From a virus: DNA of 64,000 nucleotides. The position numbers and the translations under genes were made by a program. The notes under the pieces were generated by a model that did not search any database, was not told the origin of the DNA, and saw nothing but the letters and a program-made list of their open reading frames with translations. Shown here piece by piece: positions 28,901-38,401 of this stretch. The stretch is from positions 12,359 to 76,358 of IMG/VR virus record IMGVR_UViG_3300046457_000118; one strand, 5' to 3'. Numbering within the stretch: position 1 is the stretch's first letter; each line of letters begins with the position of its first letter.

Positions 28901-30120
28901 TTGGCGACGAATCCAGCTACCGTGTATTTGCCCACTTTGCAGCCAGTCAAGACGGCAGAGAAAATACCGCTACCGAAGGTGGCCGGGACATCGATTTGCG
29001 ACACGGCGTTGTTGCCTATCACCCCGGCAGCAGCAAGGAGAGATACCCGTGCACTGTCGATCAAGCCAGTGTAGGTACCTTCCACCGTGACCTGATTACC
29101 TGCCACCGTGATCTTGGTAATTTTGCCGGTAGGTGCTGCCAGAGCCTGCGGATATTCCCAGGCACCGATATCGGCACTGGTGCCCATCTGGCGATTACCG
29201 CTGATGGTGGACAGGTTGGTATTACCCGGTGCAGCACCAGTATCGATCAGCGGCGAACCCGCCTTCAGGCGCAGGTCATAGGTCGGATCGACGAACACGT
29301 CAGTCACCAGAAGATTTTTCAGGTGACCGGTACCGTTCGTGGTGAACGACCCATCCGAAGCACAGTGGTCATACGTGCCGTACTGCGGGAACATGGTGAG
29401 GTCTGCACCGAACACGGCACAGTTGCGCATCACCTTGCTGGCGTAATAGCTGCCATAGCCCGAGTAGAAGCCAAAACCACCTCGTGCCAGACCGGGCAGG
29501 CGGTGGATGGTGTTGTTCTCGCACAGTGCCGGAGAGTTGTCCGACCACAGACGCACACCATGGCTGTTGGCCGACTTGAGCACGATCTGATTGTTGCGGA
29601 AGGTACCGGTAGCAACCTGATTGGCGAACGAGGTAATGACAGTCGGATCGGTACGCGCATCCGTGCCTGAGTACTCGATCAGGTTGTTCTGGACAGTCGC
29701 GTTTGCATTGCCCACACCAAAGGCACCACAGACACCCGTGCCACCGCAGTCGATTTGCAGACCTTCGATAGTAAGGTATGCATTGACGGCATTGAACATC
29801 ACGACACCGTTCAAGGTGCCCCGGAATGCCACACCATTGGCCGGGTTGTAGCGCAGCGCATTGGTGAGGGAGTTCGGATTGTTGGCATAGCCCTGACCCG
29901 CAGCCGGACGAATGGTGATTGTATGGCTTGCATCCGTGATCTTGTTGGGCAAGGAGATTTGCGAGTTCTGGATGAACTCGGAATCGTTGTACAACTCGAT
30001 GACATAAGACACATCGGCCGTCACCAGATTGGCAGGAATTGCCGCCCATGCCGCAGCGATGGTGGCGTAGTCCCGGCCAGATGTGGCGCTACCTACCTTG
30101 AGAGTAACGAGAGTAGTCAT
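25912..30120 (-). CDS. Large multidomain receptor-binding / tailspike protein (1402 aa)
   Basis: AAGGAA RBS before MTTLVTL; beta-helix-like N- and C-regions, two Ig-like repeats, internal fibre-anchor-like segment. Confidence 0.75.
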   Translation of the reverse strand: MTTLVTLKVGSATSGRDYATIAAAWAAIPANLVTADVSYVIELYNDSEFIQNSQISLPNKITDASHTITIRPAAGQGYANNPNSLTNALRYNPANGVAFRGTLNGVVMFNAVNAYLTIEGLQIDCGGTGVCGAFGVGNANATVQNNLIEYSGTDARTDPTVITSFANQVATGTFRNNQIVLKSANSHGVRLWSDNSPALCENNTIHRLPGLARGGFGFYSGYGSYYASKVMRNCAVFGADLTMFPQYGTYDHCASDGSFTTNGTGHLKNLLVTDVFVDPTYDLRLKAGSPLIDTGAAPGNTNLSTISGNRQMGTSADIGAWEYPQALAAPTGKITKITVAGNQVTVEGTYTGLIDSARVSLLAAAGVIGNNAVSQIDVPATFGSGIFSAVLTGCKVGKYTVAGFVANAAYNTQTINDVGGCEIVGGRALSVVQDPISGQVYTLHGTCANADSGTLVIPALTANPNGAIAQSLDLTINKLVTPNTFTASVYLGPGNYDAGILTFTNADGTSLPQAGASAVTILGITGYPQSPVTDPVPIATITGVTVSPSTATGAATFAAVVNGDNNPSQGVRWTTTAGTITSAGVFTPPAPTDVIQTVTIKAASLIDSTKFGTATVTIAALVVVIPDPEPQQPTVTGVTLASFSSVLQGGAQYNLTAFVQGTNNPSQAVTWVTTLGNITAGGVLTAPVATSAVQQGSITATSVADPTKSATITFSVAAQVVTNPLPDPQPTTGEGTLVEFHFITPENIPIANSRFEVQLKAADFTNQVDGVMMPRLIEGMTDANGKQILELVSCDTPYYAIMEDPVSEAGLVYLFYVPDVDQPTVVRLQDIVVDSISTTVPVDQAILAQILEAKGQVLAAKAAIDAKFDALAGPNGSTLVGHRTGTVATALDTLASSGGGGGSGGSGVMGEVIIQNTTQAQLDRIDGTLGNLFLVKLDANLTLPPVKNPVPGTTYSFLFQQDISGGRTITLDKKYRFQNNAAPVFSTSPNMISYMDGVYSSIGFFFCHADVGTYTVSGLVRIGLATYETMAAGYTALQDGQTLYVTRDGQMGEVIAALTKPGTYTIAGAPELGSIPKLHMDKTIRAAWGKGLLNIEAGNVTIRDLWFDGAVNDVDETISGVRYNGGVQKLVMQRVKTTNCNNGQLCGVVQPADTAPVGQFNIEHIDCVFDGNGIAYQTAEKGQTHNIYLNHGARYHGLRNQYINAVEGHDFKTRANFVLLDRCHLEGAMNSRELDVPNGGVIHVVNTIIRKKPGTTQGNMIGIGQEGNLQAEQEYIFRNCVLDNSQGGNFSETWVIQAGGGTAVVKFVDCVFIGSAKCVMVTPFELYYTRGGTIGPEGWDQTVRGITPKKGTTDSMAGNTIFPDAQQPQPQTVDVDPTLVAFPATGSTATPSVRTDLDQVPH

Positions 30121-30131
30121 AAGTTTTTCCT

Positions 30132-32930
30132 TTATTTCGGGCCGAGTTCGGTAGGTGGCAGCAGCGGACCATGCCCCGGATGCAGGTAAGCCATCTGGTA
30201 AGCCAGACCGGCATTGCGCTTGACCAGATAGTCGTCGTAGTAGCCCTGCATCTTGTCGATGGCCGCTTGCAGACGAGTCTGTGGATAGTCCGGGAAGTAG
30301 TCCCGACGCGCCTTCAGGTACTGCATGTACAAGTGAGGGCACCCGAAGTGTTCCTCTGCACGACCGTCATAGGCAATGAAGAAGCTCTTGAAACGGAAGG
30401 GCGTACCCATGTCCTTGGTCTGTTGACGGGTCAGGGATGGATCAGCCGGAGGCATGTAGGTATCTAGCATCACCTTCTGTGCTGCCCAGTCAGCAGGAAC
30501 ATCGGCAGGCGTGTACTGACCTGCCGTCTTGCCCGTGATTGCAGCCGGGTAGTAGCAGTCACGCATGTCCGTGTCCATGACGTAATCGATGACAAACTTG
30601 TCCAGATTACGGATCATCATGTCCAGAGCATCACGGCACTTGTAGGAGCGTGCACGCATGGCAGCGAACAAGCCGAACTGACGCATGAGCACCAGCGTAT
30701 GCACGACGTAGAGACCCAGTGAACCACCAGCCGACTGGTAGTTGTTCCCCGATGCCGTAATCAGCGTACCAAGGTTGCGGATCGCAACTGAGTTAAACGA
30801 CTGATCGTTATCGACGAAAGCTGGCTTGTAGATCATGTCGTACATCAGTTCGAGTTCGATCTGCATACGCGATTCGATCTCTTCCTTCGAGAATCCGAGC
30901 CTGTGTTCGGTGGCCAGTTTCCAAGCCACGACATAAGCCAGCAAACGCCATGCGTGAATACGCTGGTTGTAATAGCCGATTGGACTGGCCGTAGGCGCTG
31001 CCTCACCAAGCGACGACAGCCATTGCGTCTCAAAATCATGACGCGCAGCGATGGCATGCATGGGGCTGTTGGCCATGATCGCCCACAGACCGGCATTACA
31101 GTAGCTGTGCAGTGCATCCCGGTTCCAACCCGAGTAGTACATGAAGCCTTCCGGATCGTTGTGGATCTTCCAGCGAGCCTTGCCGTTGACCATACCGCAG
31201 GTGTCGATGGTGATTTGCGGACCACCGGGTTGGCCGAGCGGTGCATAGGCATACTCATTACCATAATAGGAACTGACGAAGAATGCCTTGCCCTGCAAGA
31301 TGTCTGCCTTCGGCAGGGAATCGAAGGTCTTCACATCACGAATCCAGTGATTCGAGTGATTGAAGTAGGCCATTGCCCATTCTTCAGCCATGTCTCGAAT
31401 CGGTACCAGGCCTTCAGGACGCTGCCAGTTCGGATTGGAAGCCAAGATAGTCAGTACCGTAGGCGATGTGGCACGGTCAAAACGTACACCACCCATACCC
31501 GTGATCCAGTCATGACCACTGACCGAGCCAGCCCGATACTTGTAGCCCATCGCGCGATACCACGGATAGTGGTCACGATTCGTGAACATGGTCGGATCAC
31601 GCGGACGTGCCTCATAGGCCGTCAGATAGGTGTCGTCCAGTGCCTGATCATTCTTCAGCGGATAAGGAGGAAGGACAAACCAGTGAGCCTGACTGTCAAG
31701 CTGGGTGTCACTGCTATTCGTCATCGGGAAGAAGGCATTGGCACTGCCACCCGCCTTGGCACCGAATACAGGATGGTCATAGGCATACGACTCCACACCG
31801 GGCATCCATTTACCTATCTTGGACGACAGACGGGTCCGCATGTTCTGCCACGGCAGCATCTGCGCACAGTTAAAGCGTGGCATGGCCGGTTCGGTCAGCG
31901 TCTGCACTTCGGACAGAAGTGGCGAGTTGATCGCTACCGTTGGCTTGTCGTTGAATGCCTTCCACTCGTGGGTGAAGACGACGGTGCCATCAGCCAGTTC
32001 CAGAGTGACCTTGAACGGTGGCAGCACAGTACGGTCAGCCACATCGGCATTGGAACAGTCACCGTAGGTGTAAGGCCACGTAGCTGCACTGATCAGAGGG
32101 TACTGGGCACGGATGAAGGTATCCATGTAAGGATATGTGGCCCAGCGTTGATAGGGCGCGAAGGACAGCAGCATCTGCTCCAGCGGCATCACCCCATTCT
32201 CGGTGTTGTAGTTCGATGCAATCATCAGCAAACCACCCAACTCGAAGCGGCGTGGTGCGATGGGGCTGGTCCACTTGATCGTATCGTCAAGCTCGTAGAT
32301 CGCCACGTCACCCGTCTCGGATGCCATACCGGCGTTCTGGTACACCCAGTCATCTTGGCGATTGGCTTCGAGGAATCGAGCGGTGCCTACCAATACAGGG
32401 CTGGACTCATTGGCACAGTCCCACAGCTTGACAACAGTGGGCGTGACGGAGCGGATCGGAGGCGCCACTGGACCGGTACCGGAAGGCATCAGGCGAGGCG
32501 CCTTGGCACCGGCACCCGATACGAATGCGAACCCGACATTGGGCGCACCGGTAGGATTGGAAGGCAACAGGTAGTCTTTACCCGAGCCGATCAGGCCAAG
32601 CGATGCCTGAAACCATTCGCCATTACCTTCCATACGCAGGGCTGCGGTACCCGTGGACAGGTCTTTGGCGAGGTTGACGAGGAAGCCACTGAGCAAGCCC
32701 AGGCTGGTGATATTGCCCGAAGTGACTGCGAAATCACCGGACGAACCGATGTTGAGGAATTCCGTGCCCGATACGACAGGATCGGCACCACCGGCTGGAT
32801 CATGGTAGCAACGAAGACGACGGGTGTTGCCAAGAATGGTCTTGAGCTTGGTAGCCCAGTCCAGCTTGGTGGGCGTGAGGGCAAGTTGACCGCCCAGACC
32901 CGTACTGAATTTGAATGTTGAAGTTGTCAT
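30132..32930 (-). CDS. Large virion-associated protein, possible depolymerase (932 aa)
   Basis: CAGGAA RBS; lies in the tail-fibre cluster; aromatic-rich; no family recognised. Confidence 0.55.
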   Translation of the reverse strand: MTTSTFKFSTGLGGQLALTPTKLDWATKLKTILGNTRRLRCYHDPAGGADPVVSGTEFLNIGSSGDFAVTSGNITSLGLLSGFLVNLAKDLSTGTAALRMEGNGEWFQASLGLIGSGKDYLLPSNPTGAPNVGFAFVSGAGAKAPRLMPSGTGPVAPPIRSVTPTVVKLWDCANESSPVLVGTARFLEANRQDDWVYQNAGMASETGDVAIYELDDTIKWTSPIAPRRFELGGLLMIASNYNTENGVMPLEQMLLSFAPYQRWATYPYMDTFIRAQYPLISAATWPYTYGDCSNADVADRTVLPPFKVTLELADGTVVFTHEWKAFNDKPTVAINSPLLSEVQTLTEPAMPRFNCAQMLPWQNMRTRLSSKIGKWMPGVESYAYDHPVFGAKAGGSANAFFPMTNSSDTQLDSQAHWFVLPPYPLKNDQALDDTYLTAYEARPRDPTMFTNRDHYPWYRAMGYKYRAGSVSGHDWITGMGGVRFDRATSPTVLTILASNPNWQRPEGLVPIRDMAEEWAMAYFNHSNHWIRDVKTFDSLPKADILQGKAFFVSSYYGNEYAYAPLGQPGGPQITIDTCGMVNGKARWKIHNDPEGFMYYSGWNRDALHSYCNAGLWAIMANSPMHAIAARHDFETQWLSSLGEAAPTASPIGYYNQRIHAWRLLAYVVAWKLATEHRLGFSKEEIESRMQIELELMYDMIYKPAFVDNDQSFNSVAIRNLGTLITASGNNYQSAGGSLGLYVVHTLVLMRQFGLFAAMRARSYKCRDALDMMIRNLDKFVIDYVMDTDMRDCYYPAAITGKTAGQYTPADVPADWAAQKVMLDTYMPPADPSLTRQQTKDMGTPFRFKSFFIAYDGRAEEHFGCPHLYMQYLKARRDYFPDYPQTRLQAAIDKMQGYYDDYLVKRNAGLAYQMAYLHPGHGPLLPPTELGPK

Positions 32931-33024
32931 GCACTGGCTTCCTGTGGAGAGAAGTGATGTTGCGGGGAACCATGAGGTAGGCGGACACTATTGTGCCATG
33001 GAATATATTTCCGTAACACAAGAA

Positions 33025-33609
33025 CTACCACTGAATCGAGTCCAAGTCCTGTGCACTCTGGGTTGCATAGATCATCTGACGCAACTGAGCCGCTTTCGAG
33101 AAGGCTTGGGCCACCTGATTAGCCTTGGCTACTTCGATGGCCACGAAGTCTTCCGCGTTCAAGGTCACCACTGTGTTGTTGGCCAAGATGAACTGGGCTT
33201 GGAAGGTCGAGCCTGTTGCGAGGGCAGACTTGCTGATCGAGATGTAGGTAGACAGCCGACGTTGGGCATTCAGATCCCCATCGAACACCATGCCGTTGTA
33301 TTCGAACACACCGAACTCCACAGCAGAGCGGGCCGACTTGATCTGGGTCCACTTCAGGTCTTGAAGTTGGGCCAAGGTACGCGGGTCCACCCAAGTCTTC
33401 AGCGTATAGTCAAAGACGAACTGGGGTCCGGGTTGTGCTGGTATCTCCACCAATGTACCAGTAACCACATCGACATAGTGTTGATGGTCTCTGGATTCGA
33501 CAGGAAGAACGTATTCACCCTCTTGTGCCTGCATGGTGAGCACTTCATCCTGACACACACCTGAACGAAGGATACGTCCTTCAGAGTCATATACGGTAAA
33601 AGGTGTCAT
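33025..33609 (-). CDS. Tail-fibre-associated protein (DUF4376-like)
   Basis: FDYTLKTWVDPRTL, WTQIKSARSAVEFGVF, C-terminal LDSIQW. Confidence 0.75.
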   Translation of the reverse strand: MTPFTVYDSEGRILRSGVCQDEVLTMQAQEGEYVLPVESRDHQHYVDVVTGTLVEIPAQPGPQFVFDYTLKTWVDPRTLAQLQDLKWTQIKSARSAVEFGVFEYNGMVFDGDLNAQRRLSTYISISKSALATGSTFQAQFILANNTVVTLNAEDFVAIEVAKANQVAQAFSKAAQLRQMIYATQSAQDLDSIQW

Positions 33610-35225
33610 CGCTTGACCTCAAGAGCATTGATGATGCGGCTGGTTGCACCGCCATTGACTGACTGTGAATCCAATGAATTGATGCAGAGTGTGTAGGTAT
33701 GGTTGCCTGCACCAGGTGCATCCTGTATCTGGAAATACACGTTGCCACGCATACCTTGGTTAGTCGCAGTGACTGGACCATCACAAGTGAACAGTTGGAC
33801 ACCATCACGGTATAGCGCCAGATTCCACTGGGAGACTACGACAGTACCTCCCGGAGTACCATCAGGTCCGTCTGTGCTGTATCCAGGGGGATCGACCGCA
33901 CAACCGAAGCCAATGAGCACAGGGGCACCGCTGGACTGGAATGTCAGGGTCTGTACCGTGTTCGATCCGGGATTGATCGTTGCCCTGCCAGCGGAATACG
34001 CCGAGACCGCCGTAGTGACCGCATTACCAGCGATCTTGAGCGTGTCGATGTCGGCTTCACGGATACGTGCTTTATCTATATAGACGACATCACCATCGAT
34101 GATGAATGGCTTGATCTTCTCTATACCGGTACGACCAATCCAAAATCGATCCACATCAAAACCGGCCTCAACGATAGTGCCATCGTTGGCGATACCGAAG
34201 CCACCAGCCAAGCCATTCACCAAGGTCATGGCAGTCCAGATGGCAGACACCCGACCCGTCTCTTGATCAATCTTGGCCGCCAAGCCCATCTGGCCTGTTG
34301 CACTATCCCCATTCAAGGTGACTTCAACCGTCGTAACCTTCTGGGCCAGTGCGTGGGTACCATTCGCCAACGAAGTATCCAGTTCCTGCACGGCAGATGC
34401 TGCACCATCCACATCCGTACGCAAGGTACTGAGGTTGGTGGCCAGTGCGGTAGTCGGATCGATGTTGAGCGTCTTGATATCAACGATGGCGCCCTTGGCA
34501 TCCTGTACTTCCGCATACAGGGCGTTGTACTGCTCCACTGTGGCAGAACTGTCTTGAAGACGGATGGTCTTCTCTTCGAGGATCGCGGCCATGGCATCAT
34601 CGACTGCCGCAGCAATGATGTCGAGTTGGCTGACAAAGGCACTGTCCGCATCCTGACGCTGGGTGATCTCCTGTCCAATGAAAGTCATGGAGTCGGCAAG
34701 ACCATTCTGTACCGATGCCAGTGCAGTCTGAAAGGCTGCATTGCTGGCCAACCGATCTTGAATCTCTTGGTAGATGGCTTGGTTGGTCAGTGTGATACCA
34801 CCGATGTCTTGACGCAGGGCTTCAGACAGGATGCCACTGTCAATCAGACCGGTCAGCGTTTCCAGAGTCTGCCTCGACAACGGTTCAGCCGTCGCCATGA
34901 CAGGTCCAATACGCTCTCCGCGCGTCCCATGGATCGATACAACCTCGACCCAATAGAAGTAATCGGTATTGGAAGTGACTTGTACCTTGTCCAGATAGCT
35001 ACTGCCCCCTGCATGTTCCAACAAGACAGCCGTTGCATAGTCTTCGGACGTGCCCCGATATACATCGGTGTAGGCCACCGCATGCGGATTGATCAGCGGG
35101 TAGCTCCACGACACCATGATGCCGCCATAGACCGTGCGGGCATGCAGGGTGATGTTGTTGTCTGGATCACCGGGTTGAGGGCCACCCCAACCACCCGTAC
35201 CACAGACGTTGTTTTCGCAAGACAT
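33606..35225 (-). CDS. Tail fibre / tip protein (FN3-like N-terminus, J-like DUF1983 region)
   Basis: Start MSCENNVCG; YFYWV; coiled coil; VNGLAGGFGI...PFIIDGDVVYIDKARI...KIAGNAVT. Confidence 0.8.
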   Translation of the reverse strand: MSCENNVCGTGGWGGPQPGDPDNNITLHARTVYGGIMVSWSYPLINPHAVAYTDVYRGTSEDYATAVLLEHAGGSSYLDKVQVTSNTDYFYWVEVVSIHGTRGERIGPVMATAEPLSRQTLETLTGLIDSGILSEALRQDIGGITLTNQAIYQEIQDRLASNAAFQTALASVQNGLADSMTFIGQEITQRQDADSAFVSQLDIIAAAVDDAMAAILEEKTIRLQDSSATVEQYNALYAEVQDAKGAIVDIKTLNIDPTTALATNLSTLRTDVDGAASAVQELDTSLANGTHALAQKVTTVEVTLNGDSATGQMGLAAKIDQETGRVSAIWTAMTLVNGLAGGFGIANDGTIVEAGFDVDRFWIGRTGIEKIKPFIIDGDVVYIDKARIREADIDTLKIAGNAVTTAVSAYSAGRATINPGSNTVQTLTFQSSGAPVLIGFGCAVDPPGYSTDGPDGTPGGTVVVSQWNLALYRDGVQLFTCDGPVTATNQGMRGNVYFQIQDAPGAGNHTYTLCINSLDSQSVNGGATSRIINALEVKR

Positions 35226-35361
35226 ACATACGCTCCAAGTGAGTGACCACTCCGGAGGAACCTTGTACAGTAGCGTTCCCCCCGAGAAGTTGACCACTGG
35301 AATTATCTCATTGTTCTATGTATGTCAAGCAACTTTTCTTACCCCATACAAAGGACCATCC

Positions 35362-35667
35362 ATGGCAATGAATCCGTACAATTTCGCTATCACTTGTCGT
35401 GCCTTGATGGAAGGGGCATCCGTACAGGACATCGTTAAGTTCACCGGGCTGCATACCATATCGGCACGCCGGTTCATCCGTCAGGCCTACCTTGATGGCT
35501 TGCTGTATGTCTATGACTGGGCGAGCGACGCCAAGGGGAACCCAAGCATCCGGATTTTCCGGTTCAAGCAGTCCGATGCCGACACGGATGCCGTGCGTCC
35601 GGTCAGTGATGAGACCCGTGCGCGTTACCCAGTCGGTCATCCAAGCCATTTGGCAATGAACGGCTGA
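35362..35667 (+). CDS. Winged-helix HTH DNA-binding protein
   Basis: AAGGA RBS; GASVQDIVKFTGLHTISARRFIRQAYLDGLLYV. Confidence 0.65.
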   Translation: MAMNPYNFAITCRALMEGASVQDIVKFTGLHTISARRFIRQAYLDGLLYVYDWASDAKGNPSIRIFRFKQSDADTDAVRPVSDETRARYPVGHPSHLAMNG

Positions 35668-35791
35668 GTAAAATTCCCCTCGCGTACGTTCAATTTCCGT
35701 GTAGCATTGCATCCTCCTTAAGTCGTTCCAGAGCCATGCGGCAAGTTTCGTATGGCTTTCCTTCCCCCATTGCGCCAAGAAAGGTCGCTTT

Positions 35792-37717
35792 ATGCCAGCA
35801 GCAGCCCATCTACCCACCCCCCTGCAAGAATTCGTCCACAAGAGCCGCTACGCCCGCTGGCGTAAAGACCTTGGCCGTCGTGAGACGTGGCCTGAAACGG
35901 TCCGTCGCTACGTGGACTACTTCTCCAACAAGTTCCCCCACTACCCCACCGAGCGTGTCTACAACGCGATCCTGAACCTCAAGGTCATGCCGTCCATGCG
36001 GGCCTTGATGACGGCAGGACCAGCACTGGAACGCGATCCCATGGCAGGCTTCAATTGCTCGTTCGTCGCCATCGACAACGTGCGTGCCTTCGATGAAATC
36101 CTGTACATCTCCATGTGCGGTACCGGTGTCGGCTTCTCGGTCGAACGCCAGTTCGTCTCACAACTGCCGGTCATCGGTGCCAGCATCGTCAACGGCAAGG
36201 TGCACATAGCGGACAAGATGGCCAAGACGGATCACACCATCGTGGTCCGTGACAGCAAAGGTGGCTGGGCATCGGCATTCGCTGAATTGCTCGACTTCCT
36301 GTACCGTGGCTTCATCCCAAGCTGGAATGTGTCCAAGGTCCGTCCTCATGGTGCTCCGCTGAAGACCTTCGGTGGCCGTGCATCCGGTCCGCAACCGCTG
36401 GTGGACCTCTTCAACTTCTGTGTTGAAGTGTTCTCCGGTGCCGTTGGCCGCAAGCTGCAATCCATCGAAGCCCACGATATCGCCTGCAAGATTGCAGACA
36501 TCGTGGTCGTAGGTGGCGTGCGTCGCTCTGCCCTGATCAGCCTGTCGAATCTGTCGGATGACCGCATGCGTGGTGCCAAGAACGGTCAGTGGTGGCTCAC
36601 CGACCCGCACCGTGCACTGGCCAACAACTCGGCGGCATACACCGAGCGTCCCGAGATGGAAATGTTCATCAAGGAATGGCTGTCCCTGATCGAATCGAAG
36701 TCGGGCGAGCGTGGCATCTTCAACCGCCAAGCGGTCATCAACAAGGCACTGGAATCGGGCCGCCGTGACGCTACCAAAGTCATCGGTACCAATCCCTGTG
36801 CCGAGATCGCCCTGCGCTCCATGGGCCTGTGCAACCTGTCGGAAGTGGTCGTCCGCTCCGGTGACTCCATGGAAGACCTCGAAGAGAAGATCGAAATCGC
36901 CACCATCATCGGCACCTACCAGTCGATGCTGACGGACTTCCGCTACGTGCGTCCCGAGTGGAAAGCCAATCAAGAAGAGGAACGCCTGTTGGGTGTCTCG
37001 CTGACTGGCATCATGGATCACGAAGTGCTAGCTCACGTCAACGGCCGTACGCGTACGTGGCTGCGTCATATGAAACAACATGGGATCAAGGTCAACAAGC
37101 AGTGGTCAGAACTGCTTGGCATCAACCAGTCGGTCGCTATCACCACCGTCAAGCCATCAGGTACCGTCTCGCAACTGGTGGATTCGGCATCGGGCAAGCA
37201 CGAGCGTTACGCCAAGTACTACATCCGTACCGTTCGAGCCGACAAGAAAGACCCGCTGGCCCAACTCATGACCAAGCAAGGCTTTCCGGTCGAAGATTGC
37301 GTGAACAAGCCGGAAACCACATCGATTTTCTCGTTCCCGGTCAAGGCACCTGCCCACTCGGTATTTCGCAACGACCGTACGGCCATCCAGCAACTGGAAC
37401 ACTACCTGATGTTCCAAGAAGAGTGGTCGGAGCACAACGTGTCGAACACCATCTATGTGCGTGAGCATGAATGGATGGAAGTCGGCAACTGGGTCTACCA
37501 GAACTTCGACATGCTGGCCGGTGTCTCGTTCCTGCCGCACTCGGACCACACCTACCGTCAGGCTCCGTATCAGGAGATTGATGAAGCCACGTACCAAGAA
37601 CTGCTGGCCAAGATGCCTGAGTTCAACTGGGATGAACTGACCAAGTTCGAGAAGGATGACACCTCGGTCAAGGTGCGTGAACTGGCTTGCACGGCAGGTG
37701 TGTGCGAGATGTTGTGA
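35792..37717 (+). CDS. nrdJ: Class II (B12-dependent) ribonucleotide reductase
   Basis: FNCSF, GGVRRSA, GTNPCAEI, TTVKPSGTVSQL, C-terminal CTAGVCE; no beta subunit nearby. Confidence 0.92.
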   Translation: MPAAAHLPTPLQEFVHKSRYARWRKDLGRRETWPETVRRYVDYFSNKFPHYPTERVYNAILNLKVMPSMRALMTAGPALERDPMAGFNCSFVAIDNVRAFDEILYISMCGTGVGFSVERQFVSQLPVIGASIVNGKVHIADKMAKTDHTIVVRDSKGGWASAFAELLDFLYRGFIPSWNVSKVRPHGAPLKTFGGRASGPQPLVDLFNFCVEVFSGAVGRKLQSIEAHDIACKIADIVVVGGVRRSALISLSNLSDDRMRGAKNGQWWLTDPHRALANNSAAYTERPEMEMFIKEWLSLIESKSGERGIFNRQAVINKALESGRRDATKVIGTNPCAEIALRSMGLCNLSEVVVRSGDSMEDLEEKIEIATIIGTYQSMLTDFRYVRPEWKANQEEERLLGVSLTGIMDHEVLAHVNGRTRTWLRHMKQHGIKVNKQWSELLGINQSVAITTVKPSGTVSQLVDSASGKHERYAKYYIRTVRADKKDPLAQLMTKQGFPVEDCVNKPETTSIFSFPVKAPAHSVFRNDRTAIQQLEHYLMFQEEWSEHNVSNTIYVREHEWMEVGNWVYQNFDMLAGVSFLPHSDHTYRQAPYQEIDEATYQELLAKMPEFNWDELTKFEKDDTSVKVRELACTAGVCEML

Positions 37718-37821
37718 AAGCTTGACTGGCCTGAAGTCAAGTTCGGGCCAGTGAATCTGTGGAGTCTTCCACGGTAATCACAGGGCACTTCGGTGCCCTA
37801 CTTCCCCTCCCAAGGAATCCC

Positions 37822-38346
37822 ATGAACGACCGAGACAACCATCAAAGCACAACAGTCCACTGCTCCGTTCCAGGCTGCTATAGCCCTCCCGTCTTCGCTG
37901 GCTTGTGCAACCTGCACTCGACCCGAGGAATTCACCAGACCGTGGATCAGCGAAAGGCAGAGGACCGCCGTGGCAATCGCCCCGAAATCGCTACTGACAT
38001 CCCGGCAGGCACTACAGCAACCGCCAGTAATCCGGGATTTGCGATTGATGCTGCCACTATCTACAAATCCGATCTCAATACCACCAGTGCCATCGGCCAT
38101 GACCGTCGTGGTACCGACGCCAAGATGTCGGAGAAGTACCCCAAATACTACAAGGACATCCCGGCAGGCGTTGATTCGCTCGACATCTACGCCGTGTGCC
38201 TCATGTTCAATGTGAACGATGCTGCCCTGTCGCATGCACTGAAAAAGATCATGCTGCCCGGTGTCCGTACTGGCAACAAGACCCGCCGTGACGACATCAA
38301 GGAAGCGCGTGACACGCTGAACCGTTGGCTTGAACTGCACAAGTGA
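37822..38346 (+). CDS. Hypothetical protein (zinc-finger-like N-terminus, DUF3310/SaV-like C-terminus)
   Basis: CSVPGC..GLCNLH; LDIYAV...HALKKIMLPGVR...DIKEARDTLNRWLEL. Confidence 0.7.
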   Translation: MNDRDNHQSTTVHCSVPGCYSPPVFAGLCNLHSTRGIHQTVDQRKAEDRRGNRPEIATDIPAGTTATASNPGFAIDAATIYKSDLNTTSAIGHDRRGTDAKMSEKYPKYYKDIPAGVDSLDIYAVCLMFNVNDAALSHALKKIMLPGVRTGNKTRRDDIKEARDTLNRWLELHK

Positions 38347-38353
38347 TCGTCAG

Positions 38354-38368
38354 GGGCACTCCGTGCCC
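38354..38368 (+). promoter_or_regulatory. N4-type triloop hairpin
   Basis: GGGCAC-TCC-GTGCCC; intergenic. Confidence 0.5.
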
Positions 38369-38401
38369 TTGCGTGAAACCATCAACCAACAGGTGAAGCC
38401 A

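Noticed and set aside
30121-30342. Upstream extensions of ORF-track calls (also 25219-25458, 35226-35297, 60762-60815, 53808-53822)
   Set aside because: They overlap neighbouring genes or intergenic signals; downstream ATGs have a better RBS or coupling
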